From Anaerolineales bacterium (lineage in GTDB: Bacteria; Chloroflexota; Anaerolineae; Caldilineales; Caldilineaceae): DNA of 64,000 nt. Shown one piece after another: positions 28,438 through 37,471 of this stretch (positions are counted from its first letter, which is position 1; each line of letters begins with the position of its first letter). Under the pieces are notes generated by a model. It worked only from the letters and a program-made list of their open reading frames with translations, did not search any database and was not told where the DNA came from. Both the position numbers and the translations under genes were made by a program. The DNA is taken from assembly GCA_034421855.1 (NCBI GenBank), contig DAOUKB010000046.1, positions 726 through 64,725 of the forward strand, written 5' to 3'.

Positions 28438-29544
28438 CTACGGAGAGATCCCCTCGCCGACGTGCCCCGAGTCCCATAGCAGCAAATCGGTATTGCCTTG
28501 CAGCACCGTGACGGAGCCCGCTCCCATGCAGAACATGGCAACTTGCAGCACGGCCTGCAGCGTGTCGATCGCCTCGACGACTGCATCCACGGATCGGGCC
28601 GCCTGTTTCAGGAAGGGTCCGGCAATGCCCACCAAGTCCGCCCCTAGGATCAAGGCCTTGACGACTTCTATGCCCGTACGGATGCCGCCGCTGGCTATGA
28701 TCAGACAGGCGTCGTCCCCCCGCGCTGCCATCTCGTGCTTGACGCTCTGCAGACAGTAGGCGGTCGACATGCCCCACCCATGGAAGGCTCCGGCCACTTG
28801 GCGGGTCCTGTCGTTCTCGGCGCGATACCTTTCCACTTCGCTCCAAGACGTGCCGCCAGCCCCCGCCACGTCGATGCCGGCGACACCGGCGGCGCGCAGT
28901 TGGCGCGCCATGACCCCGTCGATGCCCCATCCCACCTCTTTGACGATCACGGGTACGGGCAGCGTCTCACAGACTTCCTCCAGTTTGCCGAGGAGGCCGC
29001 TCCAGTCGGTGTTGCCCCCGGGCTGGATGCACTCTTGCAAAGCATTGCAATGCAGAAACAACGCGTCGGCTTCGATGGCGTCTATCGCCTGCAGACACTC
29101 GTCGGGGCCATACCCCAGGTTCAATTGCGCAATGCCGAGATTGGCCAGGAGCGGAATGTCCGGAGCCAGGTCCCGCAGTCTCTTCCAGTCTGCGACGGGT
29201 TGCTGCCCTTCCACCATGATGCGTTGACTGCCTACCCCCATGGCAATGCGGCGGGACTGGGCGGCTTCGGCCAAGCGGCAGTTCACTTGCTGGGTTTGGA
29301 TCGTGCCGCCGGTCATGGAGCTGATGAGCAACGGCATACGCAGCTGTCGGCCCAGGAACCTGGTGACCGTGTCGACCGCCTGCAGATCCAGTTCCGGCAA
29401 GGCGCGATGTCGCAGTTTTACCTGTTCGAAGCCCGTGGAGACTGCGGCCACCTCCACCTCCTCTTCCAGGTTGATGCGGAGGTGGTCGTTCTTGCGCAAG
29501 CCGTGGCGCTCGGCCTCCTGCCGGCTGTAATACTCTGAGCTCAT
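28438..29544 (-). CDS. fni: Type 2 isopentenyl-diphosphate delta-isomerase (FMN-dependent)
   Basis: RKNDHL, LLISSMTGG, VIVKEVGWGI, GIDVAGAGGTSW, ASGGIRTG. Start taken at MSSEYY (M20 of the ORF-track entry). Confidence 0.9.
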   Translation of the reverse strand: MSSEYYSRQEAERHGLRKNDHLRINLEEEVEVAAVSTGFEQVKLRHRALPELDLQAVDTVTRFLGRQLRMPLLISSMTGGTIQTQQVNCRLAEAAQSRRIAMGVGSQRIMVEGQQPVADWKRLRDLAPDIPLLANLGIAQLNLGYGPDECLQAIDAIEADALFLHCNALQECIQPGGNTDWSGLLGKLEEVCETLPVPVIVKEVGWGIDGVMARQLRAAGVAGIDVAGAGGTSWSEVERYRAENDRTRQVAGAFHGWGMSTAYCLQSVKHEMAARGDDACLIIASGGIRTGIEVVKALILGADLVGIAGPFLKQAARSVDAVVEAIDTLQAVLQVAMFCMGAGSVTVLQGNTDLLLWDSGHVGEGISP

Positions 29545-29635
29545 GCCAAAACCCCAGCCGAAAACAAGAGCAGAAGGCGGTCGGACCATGGCATTCCACA
29601 TGCTGCAGCGGAACGACGCGAAAGGCCGGATTTAG

Positions 29636-29664
29636 TTGACTCTGACTCTATCACCCTTTAAGAT
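29636..29664 (+). promoter_or_regulatory. Sigma-70-like promoter upstream of acpP
   Basis: TTGACT (29636-29641), 17-nt spacer, TAAGAT (29659-29664), about 115 nt upstream of the acpP ATG. Confidence 0.5.
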
Positions 29665-29778
29665 TCCTACTGCAAACGCCGAGGCTCGGTTCCATTCAAG
29701 CCTTGTGGCCTCGACTTTCGATCGATGTGCCCGGGACGGGTACGATTGGCTCTGGGCTTGCCTTAGGAGACATCATCA

Positions 29779-30012
29779 ATGAGTGAAACTTTCGACAGAG
29801 TCAAGACCATAATCATCGACCATCTTGACGTGGAAGACGCAGCCGTCGTGAAGGAAGCCAACTTCAGGGATGACCTCAATGCAGACAGCCTGGACCTCGT
29901 AGAGTTGATCATGGCGTTTGAAGAGGAATTCGGCAGCGACATCAGCGACGAAGAGGCGCAAGGCCTGCAGACCGTAGGCGATGTAGTGACGTACTTGGAG
30001 AACCAGGAATAG
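29779..30012 (+). CDS. acpP: Acyl carrier protein
   Basis: 77 aa with the phosphopantetheine site LNADSLDLVELIMAFEEEFG. GGAGA RBS. Confidence 0.95.
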   Translation: MSETFDRVKTIIIDHLDVEDAAVVKEANFRDDLNADSLDLVELIMAFEEEFGSDISDEEAQGLQTVGDVVTYLENQE

Positions 30013-30058
30013 CTCCGGGCTCCGAGCCGATCGGGCCACTGAACAAACCGACAGGAAG

Positions 30059-30086
30059 GAGGTGGGTTGCAAAACCCACCTTTTTT
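30059..30086 (+). terminator. Rho-independent terminator after acpP
   Basis: GGTGGGTT-GCAA-AACCCACC perfect 8-bp stem followed by TTTTTT. Confidence 0.8.
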
Positions 30087-30408
30087 ATATCCGCATGGCG
30101 GATGCAACCCATTGCCTCTGCTGCTCGGGTCGGCAGGGAGGTCGCAGCCGGCGCCTGATCAAGCTCCTAGGCCGTCTCGCCCGTATTATCCCCTGAAAGT
30201 ACTGCATAGGCGCCCATCCATGCGCTGGCGCCAGTCTTCCCCGCCGTCGAATTCGACACGCCGTAGGCCGGTCAGCCGATTCCCTGGGTCGGCGCGGCGC
30301 GCATATCCCACTCCAGGTCGGGGCCGTAGGCCGTTTCGGCCGTCCCCCGCGGGAAGTCCGGTCTCCCGTCCGTAGGCCACCCGCGCGGCATTGCAGGCGC
30401 CCGCCGGT

Positions 30409-31287
30409 TCAACTCAAACCGGCGTTCCCCCAGACTTTCTCGAGGCTGGCTGCAGTCTCGGCGACGGCATCCTCTACGGGCATTTCCTGCAAGCGGGGCA
30501 GGAACGGTTCCACGGAACAGGGACCGTCGTACCCTATGCTGTCCAAAGCATGCAGCAGACCGTGGATGTCGGTGACGCCGTTGGCTCCCGGCAGGTCGCG
30601 TTCGAGATCCATCTGTTCGTCGGGACCCAAACCGGCTCTGCCGTCGTTCAGGTGCACCAGCACTATATCCTCGTTACGTAGCTGCCGCATCTCGTCCACA
30701 CCGGCGTGGCTGGTATAGAGATGAAAGAGGTCGACCAACAACCCCAGGTTAGGCGTGCCCACAGCCGCACACAGTCCCAGTACGCCGTCCCAAGTATGCA
30801 AGAAGGGGTGGGGCAGCGTATCCCGGAGCGTCTTGGGACCAATGAATTCCAAACCGAGCCGAATGCCGTAGTAATCGAGCCGCACGGCGATGCAGGAAAG
30901 CCTCTCCACCAAGAACGTGAAGTGCTCTCGAAACGGCAGCGTGGCGTGTCCAGGCATAATCACGGCAGTAGTGCGGTGGTAGCCCAGCTCGACGGCCTTG
31001 GGCGCCAGTTTCTCCAAGGCCTCCAGATTGGCGTCCAGGGCCGCCCTGGTACCCCCATAGCCTACAGGCAGGCCGACGATGCCGGGGACAAGGCCGTACG
31101 TAGACAGACTCTCCTGAATCGATTCCGCAGTCGCCGCGCGCAGCGTATGCTCGTCGAGGTCCACACCGGCGAAGCCGTGGGCGGCGGCCAGTCTGCAATG
31201 TTCGGGAAACGGCACTCTGTGCCCCAGCATTTGCGTATTCAACGACTTGTACATGTGTAATCCGTAATCTCCTGGACACCAAGACAT
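30409..31287 (-). CDS. Sugar phosphate isomerase/epimerase (xylose-isomerase-like TIM barrel)
   Basis: 292 aa with AP-endonuclease-2/TIM-barrel family features (AAAHGFAGVDL, VHLNDG, PFLPRLQEMP). ATG-31254 is an alternative start. Confidence 0.75.
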   Translation of the reverse strand: MSWCPGDYGLHMYKSLNTQMLGHRVPFPEHCRLAAAHGFAGVDLDEHTLRAATAESIQESLSTYGLVPGIVGLPVGYGGTRAALDANLEALEKLAPKAVELGYHRTTAVIMPGHATLPFREHFTFLVERLSCIAVRLDYYGIRLGLEFIGPKTLRDTLPHPFLHTWDGVLGLCAAVGTPNLGLLVDLFHLYTSHAGVDEMRQLRNEDIVLVHLNDGRAGLGPDEQMDLERDLPGANGVTDIHGLLHALDSIGYDGPCSVEPFLPRLQEMPVEDAVAETAASLEKVWGNAGLS

Positions 31288-31314
31288 CCGACAGGATCTG
31301 CGGGGAAAGAAGGC

Positions 31315-32484
31315 TTACCGGGCTCCCAACAGCAACTCCACGACCAGCTGATCCAGACGTTCATAGGGCTGGCTGCGTGCGCCCAGAGCATCCCGGTCGA
31401 ATTGATGGTTCTTCAAAGCTGCGGCTTTGTCCGGATCGTAGGCGCCTTGAAAGGGAGCCATGGAGCCGTCGTCGGCCGTGATTTCGGCCAACAGGCCGGC
31501 AATTTCCGGATCTGCCGCGAACTGGGCCGCCTTCTCCTTCAGAAGCAGATAGGTACGCATACAGCCCCGGGCAAATTCCCTGACGTCCGCGTAGTCGCTG
31601 GTGCGATAGGCATGGGCATCGAAGTGTCTAGGTTGATCGTACCCCACGGATTCCAGGAACTTGACCAGATAAAACGCCTGCTTGATGTTGTGGGAGCCGA
31701 ACCGGAAGTCTTGGTCGTACCGTCCCAAATTCTGGTCGTTCAAGTCGATATGGAACAGTTTGCCGGCGCTCCACGCTTGGGCCACGGCATGCAGGAAGTT
31801 CAGGCCGGCCATGTGTTCATGGGCCACTTCCGGGTTGACGCCCACCATCTCGGGATGTTCCAGCGTGGCGATGAACCCCAGCATGGAGCCCACGGTCGGC
31901 AGATAAATGTCGCCGCGCGGCTCATTGGGCTTAGGCTCCAGCGCGAACCGCATGTCGTATCCCTGATCCATCACGTATGCACAGAGGAAGTCGATGGCCT
32001 CCCGAAACCACGCTCCGGCGCTGACGGGACACTTGCCCGCATCGGTTTCGGTACCTTCCCGTCCCCCCCAGAAGACGTACGTGGATGCCCCCAGCTGCGC
32101 GCCCAAGTCTATGGCGCGCATGGTCTTCTGCAAGGCGTACGCCCTGACTTCGGGATCGTTGCTGGTGAAAGCGCCGTCCCGAAAGGCCGGATGGGTGAAG
32201 AGATTGGTGGTGGCCATCGGCACCACCAGACCCGTGTCCTGCAGCGCCTTTTCGAAGTCGCGCACGATCCGATCGTGCTCTGCCGGCGTGGCGTCGATGG
32301 GCACCAGATCGTTGTCGTGGAAATTGACGCCCCAAGCCCCGACCTCCGCCATCAGATGCACCAGTTCCACCGGAGACAGGACCGGCCGCACGGGATCTCC
32401 GAAGGGATCCCGGCCGATATTGCCCACGGTCCAGAGACCGAATGTGAATTTGTCCTCGGGCCGAGGAGTATACGCGTCGCTCAT
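31315..32484 (-). CDS. xylA: Xylose isomerase (class I, actinobacterial type)
   Basis: [60 protein letters not shown] lies upstream of ATG-32484; TTG-32505 is an alternative start. Confidence 0.92.
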   Translation of the reverse strand: MSDAYTPRPEDKFTFGLWTVGNIGRDPFGDPVRPVLSPVELVHLMAEVGAWGVNFHDNDLVPIDATPAEHDRIVRDFEKALQDTGLVVPMATTNLFTHPAFRDGAFTSNDPEVRAYALQKTMRAIDLGAQLGASTYVFWGGREGTETDAGKCPVSAGAWFREAIDFLCAYVMDQGYDMRFALEPKPNEPRGDIYLPTVGSMLGFIATLEHPEMVGVNPEVAHEHMAGLNFLHAVAQAWSAGKLFHIDLNDQNLGRYDQDFRFGSHNIKQAFYLVKFLESVGYDQPRHFDAHAYRTSDYADVREFARGCMRTYLLLKEKAAQFAADPEIAGLLAEITADDGSMAPFQGAYDPDKAAALKNHQFDRDALGARSQPYERLDQLVVELLLGAR

Positions 32485-32556
32485 CTCAGAGTGCTCCTGC
32501 AACAAAAGAGCCGGTTGTGCTGCCGGCTCCCGTAGTTTCGTCTTCCGCGCCGTCGC

Positions 32557-33750
32557 TCAGTACTGGCAATCCACCTGGCGTCCTGTCTCTGCCGATTGCA
32601 GAATGGCATCGCAAATGACCGCGTTGCGGTAACCGTCCTCGAAATCCGCGCCGATCGGCGCTATGTCCTGGTCGTTCACGATACAGTCCAGCAAGTGCGT
32701 AATCTCATGCACGAAGGTGTGCTCCCAACCGATGATGTGCCCCTGGGGCCACCAGTTCTCCCACCAGGGATGGCTCGGTTCCGAGACCAGCACATTGGTG
32801 AAACCGCTCACGTTGGGATTCTCGGCATCATTCCAGAAAACCTCCAGTTCGTTGAGGCGTTCCAGATTGAAGGTCACACTGCCTTTCTCGGCGTTGATTT
32901 CGATACGCTGACCATTCTTGCGGCCACCGGCGAAACGGGTGGCCTCTACCGTACCCAAGGCCCCGTTTTCGAATTCCAGGAGCGCGGCGAAGGCGTCGTC
33001 CACATCCACCTTGCCCGGCGATCCGTCTTCGAAGGGCCTGTCCTCTATGAACGTGCGCGTCATGCCCGCGACGCTCTTCACATCTCCGACCAGATACCGA
33101 CCCAAGTCGATAATGTGGGCGCCCAAGTCGCCCAAGGCGCCGGAACCCGCCTGATCTTTCTGCAGCCGCCAGATCATGGGCAAGTTGTAATGCGGCATAA
33201 TCCATTCCTGCAGATACACGGCCCGGAAATGATAGATTTGGCCCAGCAGGCCCTGATCGATCAACAACCGAATCTGGCGGATGGCCGGAATGAACCTGTA
33301 ATTGAAGGCGACCATGGCCTTCACGTCGGCCTGCACGACCGCGTCCAGCATGGTCTTGGCTTCCTCCGCGGTACGGGCCAGCGGCTTCTCACACAGAATG
33401 TGTTTGCCGGCGGCCGCAGCGGCAATGGAAGGGGCCGCATGAACGTTGTTGGGGCCGCCGTTGTCCAGCACCTGGACCTTATCGTTCTCCAGCATGGCTT
33501 CCCACGAGGAGTACGTATGGCGGTACCCGAAACGCCGCGCCGCTTCGGCGGTGGCCGCGGCGTCCCGGCCACAGATGGCCTCCAGCACGGGAATGGCCGG
33601 AGGGGGGTACATCATATGAGGAATCTTGAGCATGGCGTTGGAATGCGCCTTGCCCATGAAAGCGTAGCCCAGCATGCCAAAGCCGATCTCGGGAGCTTCC
33701 CCGGTGGCCTTGGCTCCTGCCATGGCCGTGAAACCGCTGCCGTCACTCAT
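32557..33750 (-). CDS. Gfo/Idh/MocA family oxidoreductase
   Basis: N-terminal Rossmann IGFGMLGYAFMGKAHS, and CEKPLA. Confidence 0.82.
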   Translation of the reverse strand: MSDGSGFTAMAGAKATGEAPEIGFGMLGYAFMGKAHSNAMLKIPHMMYPPPAIPVLEAICGRDAAATAEAARRFGYRHTYSSWEAMLENDKVQVLDNGGPNNVHAAPSIAAAAAGKHILCEKPLARTAEEAKTMLDAVVQADVKAMVAFNYRFIPAIRQIRLLIDQGLLGQIYHFRAVYLQEWIMPHYNLPMIWRLQKDQAGSGALGDLGAHIIDLGRYLVGDVKSVAGMTRTFIEDRPFEDGSPGKVDVDDAFAALLEFENGALGTVEATRFAGGRKNGQRIEINAEKGSVTFNLERLNELEVFWNDAENPNVSGFTNVLVSEPSHPWWENWWPQGHIIGWEHTFVHEITHLLDCIVNDQDIAPIGADFEDGYRNAVICDAILQSAETGRQVDCQY

Positions 33751-33788
33751 GAATCTGCTTCCTCGCTTGAGAGAATTGGATCAAGGGT

Positions 33789-34784
33789 TCAATCTGCAAA
33801 TGCTTCGTCGAAGACAATGTCGGAGGCTGGAAAATCAAAGCCGCGCACAGTTTGCAGGGCTTCCTGGGCGCCGAATTCCCGGTCCATGCCGCTGTCCTCC
33901 CATTCAATGGAAAGCGGTCCGGCATAGCCGATCCGGTTCAGAGCCCGAATAATCGGATCCCATTCCACGTCGCCGTGACCTGGAGACACGAAGTCCCAGC
34001 CGCGCTGCGGATCGCCGAAGTCCAAGTGACTGGACAGAATGCTGTTGCGGCCGGTCAGCCGTACCTTGCTGTCCTTCACATGGGCATGGAAGATGCGGTC
34101 CGGATAGGCGTCGATCAGTTCCACCGGATCCAGAAACTGGTGGACGAGATGACTGGGATCGAAGTTGATGCCAAAGGCCGGATGGGAATTCACGGCTTCC
34201 AGAGCCCGGCCGAAGGTAATGATGTCGTAGGCGATCTCGGTCGGATGCACCTCCAAGCCGAACCGAATGCCTTCCGTGTGGAAGTGATCCAGAATGGGAG
34301 TCCATCGCTGCGCGAAATCCGTGTAGCCGGCGTCGATATCGGCCTGCGAAGTGGGCGGAAAGAAATACAACTTGCTCCATACGGCGCTGCCGGTGAATCC
34401 GTTCACGACGTCTACGCCCAAGAGTTTGGCCGCCGAGGCCGTGTTCTTCATCTCCTGGGCGGCCCGCTCCTGCACGCCTTCCGGCTTCCCGTCGCCCCAG
34501 ATTGCGGGCGACACGATGGCCTGATGACGAGCATCGATGGGATCGCACACGGCCTGGCCGACCAAATGGTTCGAAATGGACCAACAACCCAGATCGTACT
34601 GCTCGAGCAGATCCCGCTTGGTCCGTACGTAGGAATCTTCGGACAAAGCCCTGTCGACTTCGAAGTGATCGCCCCAGCAGGCCAATTCCAGCCCGTCAAA
34701 CTCCCATTCGCTGGTCTTTTGGGCCAGAGTCTCCAGCGGTAAATCGGCCCACTGCCCCGTAAAAAGCGTCACAGCCCTAGGCAT
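33789..34784 (-). CDS. Sugar phosphate isomerase/epimerase (xylose-isomerase-like TIM barrel)
   Basis: 331 aa with [33 protein letters not shown]. Strong RBS AAGGAAGGAAG. Confidence 0.78.
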   Translation of the reverse strand: MPRAVTLFTGQWADLPLETLAQKTSEWEFDGLELACWGDHFEVDRALSEDSYVRTKRDLLEQYDLGCWSISNHLVGQAVCDPIDARHQAIVSPAIWGDGKPEGVQERAAQEMKNTASAAKLLGVDVVNGFTGSAVWSKLYFFPPTSQADIDAGYTDFAQRWTPILDHFHTEGIRFGLEVHPTEIAYDIITFGRALEAVNSHPAFGINFDPSHLVHQFLDPVELIDAYPDRIFHAHVKDSKVRLTGRNSILSSHLDFGDPQRGWDFVSPGHGDVEWDPIIRALNRIGYAGPLSIEWEDSGMDREFGAQEALQTVRGFDFPASDIVFDEAFAD

Positions 34785-35122
34785 GAGTCTTCCTTCCTTG
34801 CAGCTATATCAATTTGGATCCTGACGGCCACTTGCGACTCTGGGGTCCACGGCCTGGGTCATTATACTGCTTGACGGCCGAGGACGATACACCGGCACGG
34901 TCTGGAGCGCCGGCGGCCACGGCGGGAGAGGCGCCGCTGCGCGGATTCCCCGGCCGGCCATCCCATCACCGCCGGCCACAGGGGACGCAGCCTCCGGGGA
35001 GACGTTTCAGACGGTCCGGCCGCAGGATCGCGAGGGCCTGTGCGCAGCGGCCGCTCGACCATGAACCGGGTCATGGACATCGCCTTTTGCGATGCCGATC
35101 CCCTTCGACTGCCCCGGCCGAG

Positions 35123-36946
35123 CTACCGATCGGCGCAGTCCTCGTTCCACTGGGAACGCAAATAATGGGCCGCCATTTTGGGCCTTCGGTCGCGTGTAAA
35201 GACCCCCTTGTGATTCAGGGCGGCAGGGCGCATTACCCCCTGGCCGGTCTTGAAATCGGCAAAATTCCAGACGTGCAGACCGGCGACATAGGGCAGTTGC
35301 GCGGCTGTGTCCAGATAGTCTTCCAGAATTTCCGCCTGATATTCCTCCGAGAACATTTCCGACGGCTGGCTATGATGACCGGCGAGGGCATCTGCACCAA
35401 ATTCGGAAATGACGATGGGTTTCTGCAATTGGGCGTGCAGCGCCTCCAGTTCCTGTGTCAAGGCCTGCCGGGCCAATTCTCTTTGGCCCCCCAAGACGTA
35501 CCAACCCCAATACCGGTTCACCAGGACCACATCACAGAGTTCCAGCCAAGGGACAGGGCCCCCCATCACCCCAGCCAGCGTGAAAGGACGGCTGTCGTCC
35601 AACTGCCTGCCGTGACCGATCAGGTCCGCAAAGAAACGCGTGCCCGGTGCATCCGCCTCGGGAGCGGGTTCCTTGCCTTGAAACCGGCGCATGAAGTCGG
35701 CCGGCATAGGCTCGTTGGCCACGCTCCACATGATCACGCTGGGGTGATTGAAGTCGCGCGCTATGAGCTCGGACAATTGCTGTTTACAAACCTGCAGGCG
35801 GGTTTCCCGGAGTTCGGCATCGTCGTCGAACATGAGGCCCACGGCGGGGATCTCGTCCACGATCAGCAGACCCGCGCGGTCTGCGTAATCCATGGCCTCT
35901 TCCGCATAGGGATAGTGGGAGGTCCGGTACGAGTTGGCTCCGATCCACTCCAACAGGGCCCCGTCCTTGACGATGAGCGGCAAGCTGGAGCTGCGACCCA
36001 AGACGGGAAAGTCTTCGTGCTTGCCGAAACCTTTGAGAAAGACGGGCTTGCCGTTCAACAGAATGCGCGAATCCTCCACCTGCACCGTGCGAATGCCCGT
36101 ATGCAGGGTGTATTGGTCGATTTCCTCGCCCGCTGCATCCAGCAAGGAAAATACACACTCGTAAAGGAAGGGAGAGGACGTGTCCCACAGCTTGGCATCG
36201 GCTATTTCTACGCGTCCTTCCGCTACGACCTCCTCCACGGCAAATTCCTGCCGAGCCGCCTCCTGGCCGTTTTCCAGAACCACGCAGGCCAGGCGTTGGC
36301 CTGTGGTCCCTGCCGTCGTGGCGGCAATCTGGAGCCAGCCCGCAACCGACCCGTCCGGGGCGCGGGACGTGAAACCCGTCTGAACGCGCACCCCTTGGAT
36401 ACAGGCGCGGGGGGTGGCGCAGAGCTTGACCGCTCTCTGAATGCCTGCGTAGGGGAAGAAATCGAAATTGGCCTTGGGATAGCTGCGCATAAAGCCCCCG
36501 AAGGCCGTGTCGGCATCACCGCCGGTGGGCACCCGATCCGGACGCAGCGTGTTGTCGACTTTGACGGTCAACCGATTGGCATCCGGCCGCACTTTGTCGG
36601 TTATGTCAAATTCAAAAGGCAGATGACCGCCTGCATGGCTCCCGAGCACCACGCCGTTCAGCCAGACCGTGGCGGCGTAATTGACCGATTCGAAACGCAG
36701 GACGATGCGCTGACTATGCCAGGTAGACGGTACTTGGAAGGTCCGGGTATACCAGGCATCGTCCAGATAGTCTCGATATTCGCTGCGCAATTCGTTCCAG
36801 CTGCCCGGGACCGCCATCGGCAAGGCAGCGGGCAGCCCGTGCATCCAACCGGCGGCTTCTCCCTCGGCGCGAGGGTCTATTTGGAAGTCCCACAACCCCC
36901 CTAAATCGGTAACTGCACGAAACGCATTAGTTTGAGGTACCAACAT
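35123..36946 (-). CDS. uidA: GH2 beta-glucuronidase-like glycoside hydrolase
   Basis: 607 aa. GLWDFQID, VWLNG..GSHAGGHLPFEFDIT, acid/base WSVANEP, nucleophile strand IVISEFGAD. Exact substrate specificity is not certain. Confidence 0.82.
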   Translation of the reverse strand: MLVPQTNAFRAVTDLGGLWDFQIDPRAEGEAAGWMHGLPAALPMAVPGSWNELRSEYRDYLDDAWYTRTFQVPSTWHSQRIVLRFESVNYAATVWLNGVVLGSHAGGHLPFEFDITDKVRPDANRLTVKVDNTLRPDRVPTGGDADTAFGGFMRSYPKANFDFFPYAGIQRAVKLCATPRACIQGVRVQTGFTSRAPDGSVAGWLQIAATTAGTTGQRLACVVLENGQEAARQEFAVEEVVAEGRVEIADAKLWDTSSPFLYECVFSLLDAAGEEIDQYTLHTGIRTVQVEDSRILLNGKPVFLKGFGKHEDFPVLGRSSSLPLIVKDGALLEWIGANSYRTSHYPYAEEAMDYADRAGLLIVDEIPAVGLMFDDDAELRETRLQVCKQQLSELIARDFNHPSVIMWSVANEPMPADFMRRFQGKEPAPEADAPGTRFFADLIGHGRQLDDSRPFTLAGVMGGPVPWLELCDVVLVNRYWGWYVLGGQRELARQALTQELEALHAQLQKPIVISEFGADALAGHHSQPSEMFSEEYQAEILEDYLDTAAQLPYVAGLHVWNFADFKTGQGVMRPAALNHKGVFTRDRRPKMAAHYLRSQWNEDCADR

Positions 36947-36999
36947 GGCTGCTCACTCGTTTCCGTATATATGCCTGCCAAGCAATGATCCCCGGCAGT

Positions 37000-37341
37000 C
37001 TAGCCGGCTGCAATCAAGCTTTCGTCCTGATACTTTCGGCCTTCCTCGATCAGCATTACCGGTACACCGCCCCGCACGGGGTATTTGTAGCCGTTACGCG
37101 GGTTGAGGAGAAATTTGCCCTCGTCCACCAGTTCCAGAGAACCCTTGTCCTCGGGACAAACCAGGATTTCCAGCAGATCGGCGCTGATTTCCCCCCCCAA
37201 CGGAGCCTCGTCGTAGGGTTCCGTGTCCGGCTCGTTCAGGGAAGCCTGCGTATCGTCGCCGGGAGCCAAGTATTCCCTGAGCCATCTGACGATAAGAGCG
37301 GCCACAATCAGGAAAATCAGGATTTTAACGAATCTACGCAT
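37000..37341 (-). CDS. Trm112/UPF0434-family protein with an N-terminal TM anchor
   Basis: C-terminal LLEILVCPEDKGSLELV..YPVRGGVPVMLIEEG preceded by FVKILIFLIVAALIVRWL. Confidence 0.7.
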   Translation of the reverse strand: MRRFVKILIFLIVAALIVRWLREYLAPGDDTQASLNEPDTEPYDEAPLGGEISADLLEILVCPEDKGSLELVDEGKFLLNPRNGYKYPVRGGVPVMLIEEGRKYQDESLIAAG

Positions 37342-37471
37342 GTGCTCACCTCCGCGGTATCGGCAGACTGTCTGTGGCCTGCGAACCCACCCTGGCCTAC
37401 AGCCCGAACCAAGAATATATCAGAATCGGTCGCTGTATAGAGGTAGCCCAGCCGTGCATCCCGCCGGGATC

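Noticed and set aside
30351-30366. GGGAAGTCCGGTCTCC, which resembles the RNase P RNA CR-I motif (GGAAAGUCCGGGCUCC)
   Set aside because: The rest of an RNase P RNA would have to run into the 3' end of the minus-strand TIM-barrel CDS. No matching 3' CR-V (ACAGAAnCCGGCUUA) lies nearby. This is probably a chance GC-rich match.
34785-34802. AAGGAAGGAAG (revcomp), which looks like the SRP RNA GGAAGGAAGCAGC motif
   Set aside because: It sits 5 nt upstream of the ATG of the TIM-barrel gene and is simply a strong Shine-Dalgarno sequence. No flanking SRP helix is present.
34814-36904. 696-aa plus-strand ORF
   Set aside because: It is antisense to the GH2 glucuronidase-like gene, which has unambiguous catalytic motifs. 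The antisense translation has no recognisable features.
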